Origin: Magallana gigas
Lineage: Eukaryota
Direction of reading: 5' to 3'
Assembly: GCF_963853765.1 (NCBI RefSeq)
Contig: NC_088853.1
Location: 25,916,001 to 25,980,000, forward strand
DNA length: 64,000 bases
Below the pieces are notes generated by a model. That model saw only the letters and a program-made list of their open reading frames with translations, did no database searches and was not told the DNA's origin. Below, one piece after another: positions 21,048 through 34,175 of the stretch (its first letter is position 1; every line of letters begins with the position of its first letter). The position numbers were made by a program, and so were the translations under genes.

Positions 21048-23334
21048 CTCTCTTAAAACTGTGAAAAAATACCTTATGCACTGCTATAGAAAAAAAACAA
21101 TACATGTATTAATTTCATTTTCCATATCTATGCTTATTAAGTGCATGAACCATTTAGAAAGGTTTATGAATGAGATAATTAAGTCATATGTGTTTTGCAT
21201 TTTATACAGTACACATCCATTAACAAGTTTACAGTGGAATTTACAAACATGTTTTCATGTATCTGGTTATAAAATTTAATATTATAAATTTATGAAAAAT
21301 ACTTCAAAACAGAATGGGTTTTTTTCACTAGAAAGCAACAGACGCTGCAACTTTACATGACATGTTTACTAACTGTTTGATCATATGTTTTCTTTTAAAG
21401 TTTTAATTTGTTTGTAAATGTACATATGTGTGTAAAAATTTTAGGGAGGTTATTACAAAACCGGAATATTTTCTACGAATCAAACAAAAGAGCATCTGTT
21501 TTACTTTTGAATTTTCCACAATGAGTTTATTTCATTATGAACAAATACTTATACATGTATTCCTACTTCATTTATAAAAAGGACTGTTTACAATTTAGAT
21601 TAATATGTGTTAAAAACATGACCACTACAACTACAAAAACACATAATTATTAAGTGTAATCCTATCTTAGAGTTAATCCTGACAAAATTCTTAATTCTAT
21701 GGCGACTATTTCTCGTCACTCACCCTATAGGTGATTCCGTGAGGCAGATTACAGTTACAGAGTGTTGCCTTTTTACACATTCGTTGATACAACAATGGGA
21801 AAAAAATAACCGTACATGTAGGGCCTAGAAAGAATTACATATTATATTATTGCTACTAATCTGTTCGTGTTGAAGGCAATTCTTTAAAGGAGTTAAAGTC
21901 CACTATAGTCTGTCCCAAGTTATTGCTTCTATCGCTTTTTGATAACTTTTAATAAAATTACACATACCTGTGAAAGAAATGCAGTTGAAATCGTTAAAAG
22001 GGAATATATCCAAGATATCTTCATTGAACAATTATCCCTTTCCACTCAGAAAAATTAACAGGAACGAAAACAGATTCCTTACGGAGATTTATAATGGGGA
22101 ATGTTTACATCTTTTCTCCATTCGGAATACACTCGGAATACATCGCGCAATTTTTTAACATTATCATCCGGGCTTATTAATGGCTGTTGCAATGCAAAAT
22201 CTCCGTAGACTTTCAATTTCGGGATGTGTATTGAAACCTGAAGCGGTAGAGGGGGCGTTTCAAAACAGATAATCTGGACATTTTTTATATTAGTGGATGA
22301 ACGTAGTTTGAGCACAAAGGTATTTACTATTGTTGAAATATCAAGCAAAAAGTGGTGGAAGCAAAAACTCGGGACAGAGTATAACTATATATATATGATA
22401 AATAAAATACATATACAACATACTTCTATCTGTTTTTCTCAAATGTACAAATCTACTGCAAAGATTCTACATATCTTTCTTCTCCCGCTATTCTATTGTT
22501 GTTGTCTGCTTCTTTTTTTCCGATCTCCTTTTGTAAAGAGCTCGTACAAGGTAGATAATCCAATCTTTTTTGTTTCAAATTTTACAACAATTCATTCGGA
22601 TATTTTTCTGTAATTCTTCAGTGCTTACCAAATTTAATTGAATTGAAAAGAGTATTCTGTCGCTGAATATCAGAATTCTGTCAAGTTGTCTAGATTTTGC
22701 ATAACCAATATACTTTAAACAATCTATTTCGGACAGGTAAATATTTAATTTTTAATTTATGTGTAAAAAAACCCAACTATCCTGTAGAAAAAATATGGTG
22801 CATCTAACCCAATATTTGAATTAAACATGAACTTTGTAGATAAAATATTTAATTTATATTAAATAAGGTCAAAATAATATTTCTGTAATAAACAATAATA
22901 ACTGGCCTGGATGCCATGGAACCAAGAGGGTATATGTCTTGGTAACTTAATTTTTTATGCATCATTTTTTTTTTTGGGCAAAGTGTTCCATATAGAGTAT
23001 ACCATATCTCTGGATATGAGATTTTTACCTGCTTTTAAAGTATTGCACCTTCTCTTAACTTTAATAAAAGACAAATTCTTACAATCCACTTTTGGAGTAG
23101 TTTTTCCTCTTTGGTTGAAGCGTGGAATTCCTAATGAAAGAACAAGAATAGAATTCCTGGGTCCCCCGCCGGTCAATTATTATACTTACATATATCTCAG
23201 ATGTTAATAAACTAGCAATATATTCGATGATGGGGCGGAGCGGAGCGCGATATAACAGTATACAGATGGAGAAACAGACGCACGTTTGTACTGAATTACA
23301 GACGGAAAGGAGTAAAACAATATGCCCCCTCCAG

Positions 23335-23843
23335 CTCGTCTTTGTTTGAGCATTTAACATTTGGTATACATTTTATGAATATTTTAAAATTTGTAGGCAT
23401 GAAAGCACTTTTAAGGTCAATTTTTGATATAATAATGAAGTAATTATTGTGGTCAAAATCCCATAACTCCAACAAAAAGTATCGACCAAGGCTGAATTAG
23501 TAACTTGATCAAGATAATAGTGGTATTAACATTTGGTATAAATTTCATGTAAATCCGTCAAAATTTGTAGGCATCAGAGTGCTAACAAGGTCGGTTTTTG
23601 GATAAAACGGAGTCATTATTGTGGTCAAAGTCCCATAACTCCAACAAAACGTATCGACATATGTTGATTTTCGAACTTGACCAAAGTATTAGTGGTATAA
23701 ACATGTGGTATAAATTTATTGAAAATCCGTCAAAATTTGTAGGCATGAGAGCACTTACAAAAAAGTGTGACGGACGGAAACACGGACGGACGGACGCCCG
23801 GCATTTCTATGTCCCCGCTCCGCGTTGCGGCGGGGACAATAAC
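23335..23843 (+). mobile_element. Non-autonomous Helentron-like element with ~172-bp internal repeats
   Basis: aacat.tggtata...aaaatttgtaggcat occurs three times (~23356, 23528, 23699), followed by (GACG)n and the terminal hairpin tgtccccgctccgcgttgcggcggggaca. Confidence 0.65.
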
Positions 23844-23983
23844 GTTTTCTAACTTTAAAATACCTGGAAGCCGTTCCTGCACAAGTGTTTCAGCAACTAG
23901 AAGTAGAAGATATCCTGTCACTTTCCTTTGATTCATAGATCCTCTCAATTTACACCAAGACGTTTAAGTCGAATGGTCATAAA

Positions 23984-24119
23984 CACTGGCGTCGGAAGCA
24001 AATTGAAATTGGGGGGGGGGGGGGGGGGGGCTAGACTGAACCTCAGAAATATTGAGGCTAAGCCCACCCCCTAGCCCCCTCCCCCCCCCCCCCCCCCTCT
24101 CCCGGTTCCGACACCTATG
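23984..24119. mobile_element. Short MITE with imperfect TIRs and poly-G/poly-C tracts
   Basis: CACTGGCGTCGGAA ... TTCCGACACCTATG flanking long G and C runs. Confidence 0.45.
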
Positions 24120-25360
24120 AATAAAGGTATATGCTAATGCATCCATAGTCAAAAATGTTTCACACTAGAGGTGTTTTACCTACCAAATTAGGTATAACTA
24201 ATAAAGTCATTAGAAACCCTCCCGCTCTGCTTCCCCCACAGAAAGCCTAGGGCCATACATGTAGCAAATTATTTGGGAAAAAGTCCTTGTCCGTAGCATA
24301 CCTTTTCTTTCATTGATCCAATCTGGCTCATACTTTACTCACAAAGTGACAATGGTCATTGGGTCGTTGTGACCTTTAATGGTGGCATCCCTCTGGGCAC
24401 CAACACTGCTGGTCGATTAAAACAAAAAATTATTGAATTCAAATCTCTTCTGCCAGACAACAAAGAGACTACAGTTTCGATTAAGATTGATAAAAAAGTA
24501 CATGTTTTTCAAATACCGTTTCTGCAAAAAATCAAAATTTGATCTTTATTGATCAGTGGTCAACAGCCTTCGTTCATTTTATGGCTATCTATATTGAGCA
24601 AAAACCCTAGGATGCCCCTCATCTTTTTTAAATAGGATTCAGTTATTCGGGAAATCACAGCCAATAATGGGGATGCTGCTTGGAGATATTATGAATTTTT
24701 TTAGGAAGTTGCGTCAGTCAAATAATCTGCCCCGGCAAACCACTCTGTCAGAATTGTTGGTATCTGCATGCACTCTTCATCGTACTAAGCAGCCATTTCG
24801 GTCCTCTTTTCGAAACAAGTCGGACAAATTCTCAAAATTTTGCTTCAATTTCAATAATAATTGAATTGATTATAATAATTCTTTAACAATTATAATAAAG
24901 AGAACTTTGATATTTTTTTATTTATTAAATAACAGTTCATACAATTTTCTAAATCTAATTAGTGGTAATTTTGCAGTGCTCTATAATTGTTGCCGAAGGA
25001 AGAAAAATATATGAACCTAAGTAAAATTGACATTGTACCACTTGCAGTCGTTTTGTTAAAAAATTATAGACATTAATTTAGGATCCAATAAAACGTAATT
25101 GAGCTTATTTTCATATTTTCAAAAATGGAGGACTCAATAGAGTTTTGACGATATAAAAACATCCTCTAAAAGTCTGCTTGAAGCAGAGATGTTTATATTG
25201 GGATCGATAATGAAAATGAGAATGGGTGACAGAGATTGGAAATAGGATATGGGTTTAACAGCCATAAAAATAAAAGCAATTAGTAAAGGACTAGAGTACA
25301 AAGAAAAGAAAATTAAAGAAAGTTGCCAAAAAAAGAATTAAGAAAACAAGACCCTGAAAA

Positions 25361-25566
25361 GAAAACTTGAACAAATAGAACCTGAAATGAAAAAAATGAA
25401 AAGTGAAAATGATGATTTGAGAAATGAACTTTCAGTTTGATATACGAGTGATGAGGACGAGGAAAACTTGAACAAATAGAACCCGAAATGAAAAAAAATG
25501 AAAAGTGAAAATGGTGATTTGAGAAATGAACTTTCAGTTTGATATACGAGTGATGAGGACGAGGAA
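25361..25566 (+). repeat. ~101-bp perfect-like tandem duplication in a coiled-coil coding remnant
   Basis: gaaaacttgaacaaatagaacc..gatatacgagtgatgaggacgag occurs at 25361 and 25462. Confidence 0.85.
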
Positions 25567-25609
25567 AAGAGTGTGAAAGCAAGTACATCATCCATTGAAA
25601 ATGTGAGAA

Positions 25610-27500
25610 ATTACAATCATACATGGAAAGACCTAGATGCAGCAATGGAAGAACTGAAACAAAGAAACTTTAAACAACAAATGGAACAATGTAGATCCAA
25701 GCACTGAAGCTCAGGAAAAAGGAGACATAGATGAAGGCAAAAAAGAAATAGTGGAATACCCCTCTTATGACACTCCAAATATATCCCTTTTAGAAAATGT
25801 GTCCACAGAATCACAAGAAATAGGGACAAAATTCTTAAAAGACAGCGAATACTTTTCTTTGGTTCAATCTCTTAACAAAGAACAGTATATCTTTTTTCAG
25901 CACATCCTTAGTTGGATGAAAAATGAGGATAAACCGATCAATGCATTTCTGACTGGAGGAGTAGGAGTTGGAAAAACAGTATTGGTCAAATCTTTATTTC
26001 AAGTCTAATTCGATATTTTAACAAAGAACCAAAAAGCAATCCTAATGATCCAAAAGTTTTGTTAGCTGCCCCGACTGGAAAAGCAGCTTTCCTCATCATT
26101 GGAAATACTATGCACGGTTTATTTCAGATACCAGCAAACGGAATGTTACAATACATTCATCAAAGACTAAAGCAGATTACAGGTTCAAGAAAACATATTG
26201 CTGGAATTTCAATATTTGCTGTTGGGGACTTATTTCAATTAAAACCGATTTTTGATGGATGGATTTTTGAAAATCTAAAAGACGATTATGGACTTTTGGC
26301 TTTAAATATTTGGCGTGACAATTTCCAAGTATACAATTTAAATGAAATAATGCGTAAAAAAATAAATAAAAACAATTTGCATGTATTTTGAATAGAATCC
26401 GTGAATGCAAACGTACAAAGGAAGACTTTGATGTCCTAAGAACAAGAATGATCAGCAAAAATGAACAATCTCTTGAAAATCCACTGTTGCAGCCTCACAT
26501 TTTTTTGCAAATTAAGATGTTCAAAGTTTCAATTTACAGATTTGTGAACTGTCAAAAGAAGAAAATTGTACAAATGAGGCACAAGATAATATCATTGGAG
26601 ATGTTGATGAAGAAATACAGCTAAAAGTTAGAAAAACATTCCAACTGATACCAACAAAACTATCTAAAAAATCTTAAATTATGCTATGGAATGCGATCTA
26701 AAATTACTGTTCATATATATGTAGATGATGGTCTTTAAAATGGGCCTTCTGGTGTGCTGATGGGTGTTGCAAAATAATTCAGGATTTGACATAATTTTGA
26801 TTAAGTTTGACGACGAAAATATAGGGAATAATTGTAGAAATAATGGGAAATTTTTTACAATTCAAAGATAAATACAGCTTGGACACCATTACTCAAAGTA
26901 AAAAGAGCATTAATGGTTGGTAGATATAAATCAGTACAGGTTATCAGAGAACAGTTTCCGATTTGAACAGCTGCAGCTAAATCTTGTCGAAGATGTCAAG
27001 AAGATACCATGGATTCAGCTGTTGTTGATTTCAATGGACGATGTTTTCCACACTGTCATTATGTGTCTCTTAGCAGAGTGAAGAAAATGGAATCACGTTT
27101 TATTCGAGATCTGAATGAGAAAAATATTCATGTTGATGCAACTGTTGTTGAAGAAATGCAAAGACTACAGAAAAATATGAAATTAATAACATCATTCAAA
27201 GTTTTATCAGAACCATCCAATTATTTTAGTTTATTATCAAAATGTTCGATCTTTTAACAAGCATTACAGTTGAAATTGCTGTAGGAGATATCAATATGGA
27301 TGGAAACTAAAAAGGCATAGTTGAAAAATTTCTTCGACTTTTTCAAAGCTATACACAACTAATTTCAAAACCAACAAAAGAATATAATCCACTGCTAGAC
27401 CATGTCTATGTCAAAAATGATTTGAAAGAAAGTGCAAATTGTCATGTTTTGGAAACATTTTTTTCAGATCATTTTCCAATTCACATCTCTCTTAAAACTG
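25610..27500 (+). pseudogene. Degenerate autonomous Helentron: PIF1-like helicase followed by AP-endonuclease C-terminus
   Basis: Fragments FLTGGVGVGKT (Walker A), LAAPTGKAAF..GNTMHGLF, FAVGDLFQLKPI, NEIMRK and HYVSLSRVK, then LLDHVYVKND...ETFFSDHFPI (27392-27481). Many stops and frameshifts. Confidence 0.88.
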
Positions 27501-27884
27501 TTTGTGAAGAGAACAGTTGCAGACCCATAATATACATTATAACTGTATAATATAAGTAAAACTCTTCATGTTCTTTGAACATCAATTTATTTACACAACC
27601 AGAAATGTTTCATGGATTATGCATGCCTGACGAAACAAAAATGTCTCATAAAAGTAAGTGAACTATTTGTACCACAGTTTATTAACCTTATTTCATATTA
27701 GGTTTTATCATACTCATACCCAAGTGTTTGACATGCTATATAGACAAGCTGCTTCACCTTTCGAAAACAGTGTCATTTACAACATATCAGATGTTTTTCA
27801 TGTGTTACCTCGGGAAACTCAATTGCTCAGTCTTGACTTGAAGTGCACCAGCTGATCGGACTTTTGACACAATGCTATTTACCT

Positions 27885-28425
27885 TTTCAGAAATAACTTC
27901 CATATGTGTGACCTTAAAGAACAAAACGACAAATAACTTCCATTTGTATGACCTGAAAGAACTCATGAACGTTTTTTTTTATCAACAGCTTTACTATATT
28001 CATCATCTATTAATCCAATAGATATCAACTCACATATGATCCAGTGACATCAGACTTAACTTCCATATAAGTGACCTGAAAGAACTCCTCCTAACAGTAA
28101 ATATTCATCATCATTTCTACCAGTTCCATTCACTATAAATCGATGATAGCCAGGTGACATCAGAAATAACTGTATTTGACCTGAAAGAACTCCTTAAACT
28201 TAATTTTCATCATCATCTTTACTAGATTCATCTACTTTTAATCCAACATGAGATATCAACTCACAAATGATCCAGTAACATCAGAAATAACTTCCGTGAC
28301 ATCAGAAATAACTTCCGTGTAAGTGACCTAAAAGAAGTCAACAGTAAATAAATCATAATCTCTACCAGATGTATCCACTATTAATCCAAGATATCACCTT
28401 GCAAATGGCCAGGTGAAATCAGAAA
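27885..28425 (+). repeat. Diverged tandem repeats downstream of the Helentron ORF
   Basis: The motif gacatcagaaataacttcc...tgacctgaaagaactc recurs about 5-6 times. Confidence 0.6.
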
Positions 28426-28972
28426 CAAGCATTCTGAGGGTATTGCATAAGCAATACACGTCTCATACCGGTTTGTAGAAATTTGTGAAAACAATGCCAC
28501 TGTTATGCAGAATATCATTTCTTACCGTCTCAACAGACCGACCCGATAACGAACCCGATGGTAATAATACAAAAAACCCCTGTCGATTAAATTTACAACA
28601 CAATGCTTGACACTATTTATCAGAACTTATTTGTTTGTTAGAAACAATAAAAGGAATGGTCCAAGTAATGCACGATATTATTACTGACAACATACTTTCC
28701 TCGTATATTTGATACACACCGAGGACGATAACGAACCAGAACACATTAAAAAATTGGAATATAAAAAAATAATTTTCTCGAACATATGTCAACCAGACTC
28801 TACAAAAGTGTAAACTTGATCTGCAGTTTGACATTTTGAAGCTGTTCAGCAAATTTCATATTATTCATCAAACGCATAAAGAACAAATGTGTGGAAAACT
28901 GAAGTGAGACAGACAGACGGACGCAGAGGAAAGCTATAGTCCCCTCCGATGAAAACCGGTAGGGGACTAATA
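28424..28972 (+). mobile_element. Non-autonomous Helentron-like element
   Basis: aaacaag start, (GACA/GACG)n microsatellite, terminal hairpin tagtcccctccgatgaaaaccggtaggggacta. Confidence 0.6.
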
Positions 28973-29015
28973 ACTTCAATGTATGTGACTTTGAATCTCC
29001 TTTGCCTAAGGGTGC

Positions 29016-29751
29016 TGTATTGCCCTGCATTTTATTTATATCATTTGGAACCTGTAACCTTTATATTTTAGTAACATTTACAAATGTATCAAACTTTGTG
29101 CAATTAAGCAAGTTTAGTGTTTCTGTTGTTTTTTATAACTAATGTGATATCACGCTTAAATTCGGTTTGCTAACCATAAGTTTATTAGTAGTGTCTGCTG
29201 TTTACGTTAAAGTAGAATTTTGTTGCGCTTTGTTTACTTAAGTTGGTTAAAGCCTGCATTTTGATACTTATCTTAATTATGGAACCTTGTCGTTTCCTGT
29301 GTGAATCTGGCCACTTTATCAGTATTTTAGACATGCAAATTCATTCCTGTAAAAGTCTCTGAACTGTCCAGACGTTATTTAACCTAGAGACACTGTAGCC
29401 GATCGCGATGTAAGTTTTGATAGTATTGCTTTAAAACTATATGTTAAGAGATATTAATTAAGAACCTTTTTAATGTTCATTTATGCGTGCTGAACTATGT
29501 TTTTAATTTGTTGACAAACTGATTTTTATTACTTTGTACGTATTCATTTATTTGTATTTTTATGTGTGTTTGTTGTAGCTTTTTACCATTCACACAAACT
29601 TCATTTCACCACTCAAGTGACACTGTGCGCATATCAGGAGCTGCGCTTTTCCTTGTTTACTTAGATGTCGTGGATAATAAAATGAAACTAGTTAACTAAC
29701 TGTAATCTGTGTTGTTAAGTTCTGAAGCAAATACACACGGAAGGCAGTACA
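29016..29751 (+). repeat. 5' LTR of BEL element 2, containing an intron-like segment (29410-29578)
   Basis: TGTATTGCC...GGCAGTACA inverted termini, AATAAA at 29675-29680, followed by GTAAAAAAGATC and then the gag ATG at 29819. Confidence 0.8.
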
Positions 29752-29818
29752 GTAAAAAAGATCACAAGTGGCCAAGTGATTCAGAATATCGGACAACCAT
29801 AGCATAAATTCGTCCATC

Positions 29819-32800
29819 ATGAGTGACCAGGAATCGCGTGAAAGAACACTAACCGAGGAAGAACTTTAGCTCTATGTAATCCAACAAGAGAAGTCATGAA
29901 ACCAAAACAAGCAACATTTGGAGTCACCTTTGCGCGTGCATTAAGGATATTGATTGACAGTGCAGCTCTTGAGAAAATACTTATTGATGTTCAACAGTTA
30001 TTTGAAGAGTATAAAGTGAAATCGTTTGAATTTCTGGAATTTCTCGGGATACAGAAAACGGAACAAAGTTCAAATGATAGAGTAAGTTTCGAAGCTTCTC
30101 ATGAAAAGAATATCCGCATAATCGAAGGAAATTTGATGAAGTCTACGCAAAGAAAGAAGCGGACATTGAAAGACAAAAGGCGGCTATGAAAGAACAAATA
30201 GCTGTACAAAATGCAGCCATGGAAAAAGAGAACGCCGAGTTAGAAGCAGATTTTGAACATTTAGCTCATGTGAGAGAAATTGCCGCTATAGAGGCAGCCA
30301 TAAAAACTCTACAAATAGAAGAAGAAAAAGTAAAAGAGCTAATGAACATTCCATTAGTTCCGAAAAGGGAATTAACCGAAAAATATGTGAACGACCTTCC
30401 AGATGAAGATTACAACACTCCTCGACTAATGTCACAACTTCCGAGTCAGCATTTAAACTTCGGTCAGCCAATTATGATGACTTTTCAGCGAAGTCAGTTT
30501 GAACCACATGCGTTCGTGAAACTTCAGAAAGAAAGTATACGACCAGCTCACAGGACTTCTAATCAAGAGCAAACTACTGTAGATCAAAATCGTGGACTTG
30601 CAACAGACTTCACACGATTCTTACTTAAGAAGAGACCAACTATAGGACTCGTGCGAATCTGGGAACGCTTGGAAGAAAGGTACGACAGCCCTGAAATGAT
30701 TGATAGTGCTTTGAAAGCTAAACTTCATCCTTCCAAAAACTATCAAATACATAGTGGAAAAAACTCTACGATCTAGCTGATATCCTTGCGGAGATTGAAG
30801 CCTTGAAGGAAGATGACATGTATGGACCTGTTTTCGTATTTTGATTCATCTATTGGGATCGGCCCCATAGTTTGCAAATTGCCAAACATGTTGCAAGAAA
30901 AATGGACAAATATGGCAGCTCAATACAACAAAAAACACCTTATCTTACATCCGCCATTTGCTACATTTTGCGAAATGGTACAATAACAAAGCAAAATACG
31001 CAACAATCCTTCGTTACAGTACGCGCAGGAATCTACAAATGGGAATGCATCTGCTTCAAGACAAGACATAAGCCTTTTGAAAAACAGGGATATCGTGCGA
31101 CAACGAATAAAACAGATATTCATATTTCCAACTCACCAGACTCAGATTGTCCCATACACAACACCGGGCATTCCCTAAACAAATGCAGATCCTTCGGCAT
31201 GAAACCAATGGCCTTTAGGTAAAAGATTCTTAAAGATATAGGCATATGTTTTAAATGTTGCGCAGGATTTCATCTTGCAGTCAATTGCTCCAATTTAATA
31301 TCATGTGAAAATTGCAAAGGCAGGAATCACCCAACGTGGTACCAGACTCGCACAGATGGCAGAAATCGCATGGCGGGGAGCAGGCAGAACGCACGTTTGA
31401 AGTGACGCCCTACAAAATACAGAAGTCAAGCCATATTGTACGCAGATATGTAGGAAATCCTTCGCAGGACAATCATGTGCAAAAACGGTGTTAGTTCGCT
31501 TGCATTCACAGAGCCAACCATCAAAAGAAAAGGTATGCTACGCTATGATTGACGACCCGTCGAATCAGTCCTTGGCAACACCATTGATCTGTGACTATTT
31601 TAAAGAAAATTGTACCAGGGAATCTACATATTTACTGTCTACCTGTTCCGGTCAAACACGCCGTACTGGTAGAAAAATGAAGAATGTCAACATAGAATCA
31701 TATGATGACAGCCACAGGTTCCGCCTACCAGATGTTCTAGAGTGTGACCAAATTCCGGGTATTAGAAACGAGATTCCAACCCCTGACGTTGCCTCTCACT
31801 ACCCTCACTCACGTGACATTGAACCCTTCATTCCACCATTGAACCCGAATGCGCAGATAATGCTGTTAAGGCAGGGACCTAATCGAGGCACACCATGTCC
31901 TTGAACAACGAATCGGACCGCCGAACTCTCATTACGCCCAGAAATTGCCCCTTAGATGGACAATAATCGGAGAAACTTGTCTCGACAAGGTACATCGTCC
32001 AAATGCTGTTAACGTCATGAAAACTTACCCGACAAGCGAAGTTCGTGTTACACTCTTTAACCCATGCATCAATTCGTTCGCTGTACGAGATGAAAATCCA
32101 GATCCATCTCGCGTACTCGGAGAAAATGTGTTTCTTCGGACAGAATCCGATGACAAACCTGGGCTATCAACAGACGACAGAAAATTCCTAGATATAATGG
32201 ACAAAGGTTTCCATAAGACAGAAGAAGGAAATTGGTCAGTTCCACTTCCGTTCCGCGTTCGGGACATTAAGATTCCCAATAACAAGCCACAAGCTGAAAA
32301 GAGAGCGAGGACCCTTGAATCCAGCCTACGTCGAGATCCGGTGAAAAAGGAACACTTTTTTTAGTTTATGCAAGGGATATTAGACTGCGGACATGCTGAA
32401 AAGGTGCCACCTATCACAGAAGAAAGAGAATAATGGTATTTACCAAAATTTGGTGTCCATCATCCCCGAAAACCAAATCAACTGCGAGCCGTATTTGATT
32501 CTTCGGCAAAATACAGAGGAATATTATTGAACGACACACTTTACACAAGTCCAGATCTTACCAACAGTTTATTAGGAATTCTATTGAGATTCCGTCGAGA
32601 ACCTGTAGCAGTCATGGGCGACATTCAGCAAATGTAGAGACTTTGTCAGTTTCCTTTGGTATGAAAATAACGACCAAGTCATTAATAGAATATCGCATGT
32701 GTGCGCATGTCTTTGGAAATAGCCCTTCACCAACAATCGCTACTTACGGACTCCGTAAAATTGTGAAAATTAGCAAAGAATCCTACGGTGATGATGTCAC

Positions 32801-33310
32801 TCATTTTGTTTGCAATGATTTCTACGTGGACGATGGGCTCACTTCGCTTCCAACATCAGACATGGCGATAGATCGAATGAAGAGAACACAGTCTGCACTT
32901 CAAACAATGGGAAATCTTCGTCTTCACAAAATTGTTTCAAACAGTGAAGAAGTGATGAAAGCCTTTCTGACCGTCCGATCTAGCTAAAAACCTGAGGGAC
33001 CTTGACCTCTCGAACGATTCACTTCCTGCTGAAAGAAGTCTTGGACATTGAATCAGATAGCTTTGTGTTCAAACTAAGCAAAGATACCAAGCCACTACCA
33101 GATGCGGAATATTGTCAACAATTAACAGCGTGTATGACCCCCTGGGTTTCCTCGCTCCAGTTCTTATCAAAGACAAGCTCATGTTCAGAGAGTTAACCTG
33201 AGGAAATGTGGATTGGGATGAAGCACTGCCTCAGTCTAAATTCGAGGAATGGGAATCCTGGGAAACTCAAGCAGTAAATATACATGTACCCGGTCTAACA
33301 ATACTAACCT
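29819..33310 (+). pseudogene. Decayed, 3'-truncated BEL/Pao gag-pol (different family from element 1)
   Basis: Fragments WERLEERYDSPEMIDSAL, CPIHNTGH...CFKC..H..C..CENC..H, YAMIDDPSNQSL, EYRMCAHVFGNSPSP and FYVDDGL, co-linear with element 1. Many stops and frameshifts; no integrase or 3' LTR seen. Confidence 0.93.
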
Positions 33311-33414
33311 CCCTTTCGTAAAATCTGGTAAATATACATGCATGTACATTGTATATGCTTGTGTGAACATTGTCATTTAAAAAAACAACAATTTAATTTC
33401 TGATTTATTTAAAC

Positions 33415-33518
33415 AATAAAATGCTTTCTTTGGTGATTTATTCGGGATATAAGGGTAGCGACATTGCAGGAAAAATACCTTCATAACCCGCATGAATCAT
33501 CAAAGAAAGCATTTTATT
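33415..33518. repeat. Long imperfect palindrome next to the point where BEL element 2 breaks off (Crypton-like non-autonomous end?)
   Basis: aataaaatgctttctttggtgatttattcgggatataagg ... ccttcataacccgcatgaatcatcaaagaaagcattttatt. Confidence 0.7.
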
Positions 33519-33924
33519 CTTTATATTTACACCTTTCTTTAACTAATTAATAAACTGATTATGAAGAGTTAATAACATTCACTAAATTACTCTTAATGTA
33601 CATTTTGAGTCTGGCATCGTCATGATTTTTTCGTGCAGTCCGGGATTTTACGAAGGTCGCTGTAGGTTCAGACCAATCGATAAACAGGGCGTTTCAATTT
33701 CAGTCCTATTACTTTCAGCCGCTGTAGATTTCGACGAATCGATAAATAGGGCGTGTTTCTTTAGAGCTATGAATTAGCTATGTTTCCGTAAGAAATAGAG
33801 GAAATTATGCTTGGTAGATGTAGTTATTGTTTAATCAATTTCAAATAATTCATAAGGACTTTGTTTATTTCTTGAATTTTTTGTTTCGCGCCCTCTCTTC
33901 CTTTCCCTCAATTCCAACAATTCT

Positions 33925-34175
33925 CTTTCTTCTTGACCATCCAAGAGAAGCAGTTGGGGGCGTTCGGGCCCACAGTGCTGTAGTAATAAATCCCGAAACC
34001 ATTTCTACGCGATTTCCTCGTTTTTCCACCCATTCTCTTGAAAAGCAAAGATGGTACCATCTGGCGCATCGAGGACATTCAATCCATAAAGGATGCAGAA
34101 GTTTTCCCCTTAACAATGACTATTGGGACCAGCTTTTCCCGCGCACCGTTAACACAAGCCATTGTCATGTTTATG
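33925..34175 (-). pseudogene. pogo/Tigger-type (DDE_1) transposase fragment
   Basis: MTMACVNGAREKLVPIVIVKGK then, after a frameshift, QENGWKNEEIA*KWFRDLLLQHCGPERPQLLLLDG. Confidence 0.8.

Noticed and set aside
22079-23207. Several 60-100 aa ORFs, e.g. QIICFETPPLPLQVSIHIPKLKVYGDF
   Set aside because: They may be decayed exons, but I could not recognise a family or a consistent splice pattern.
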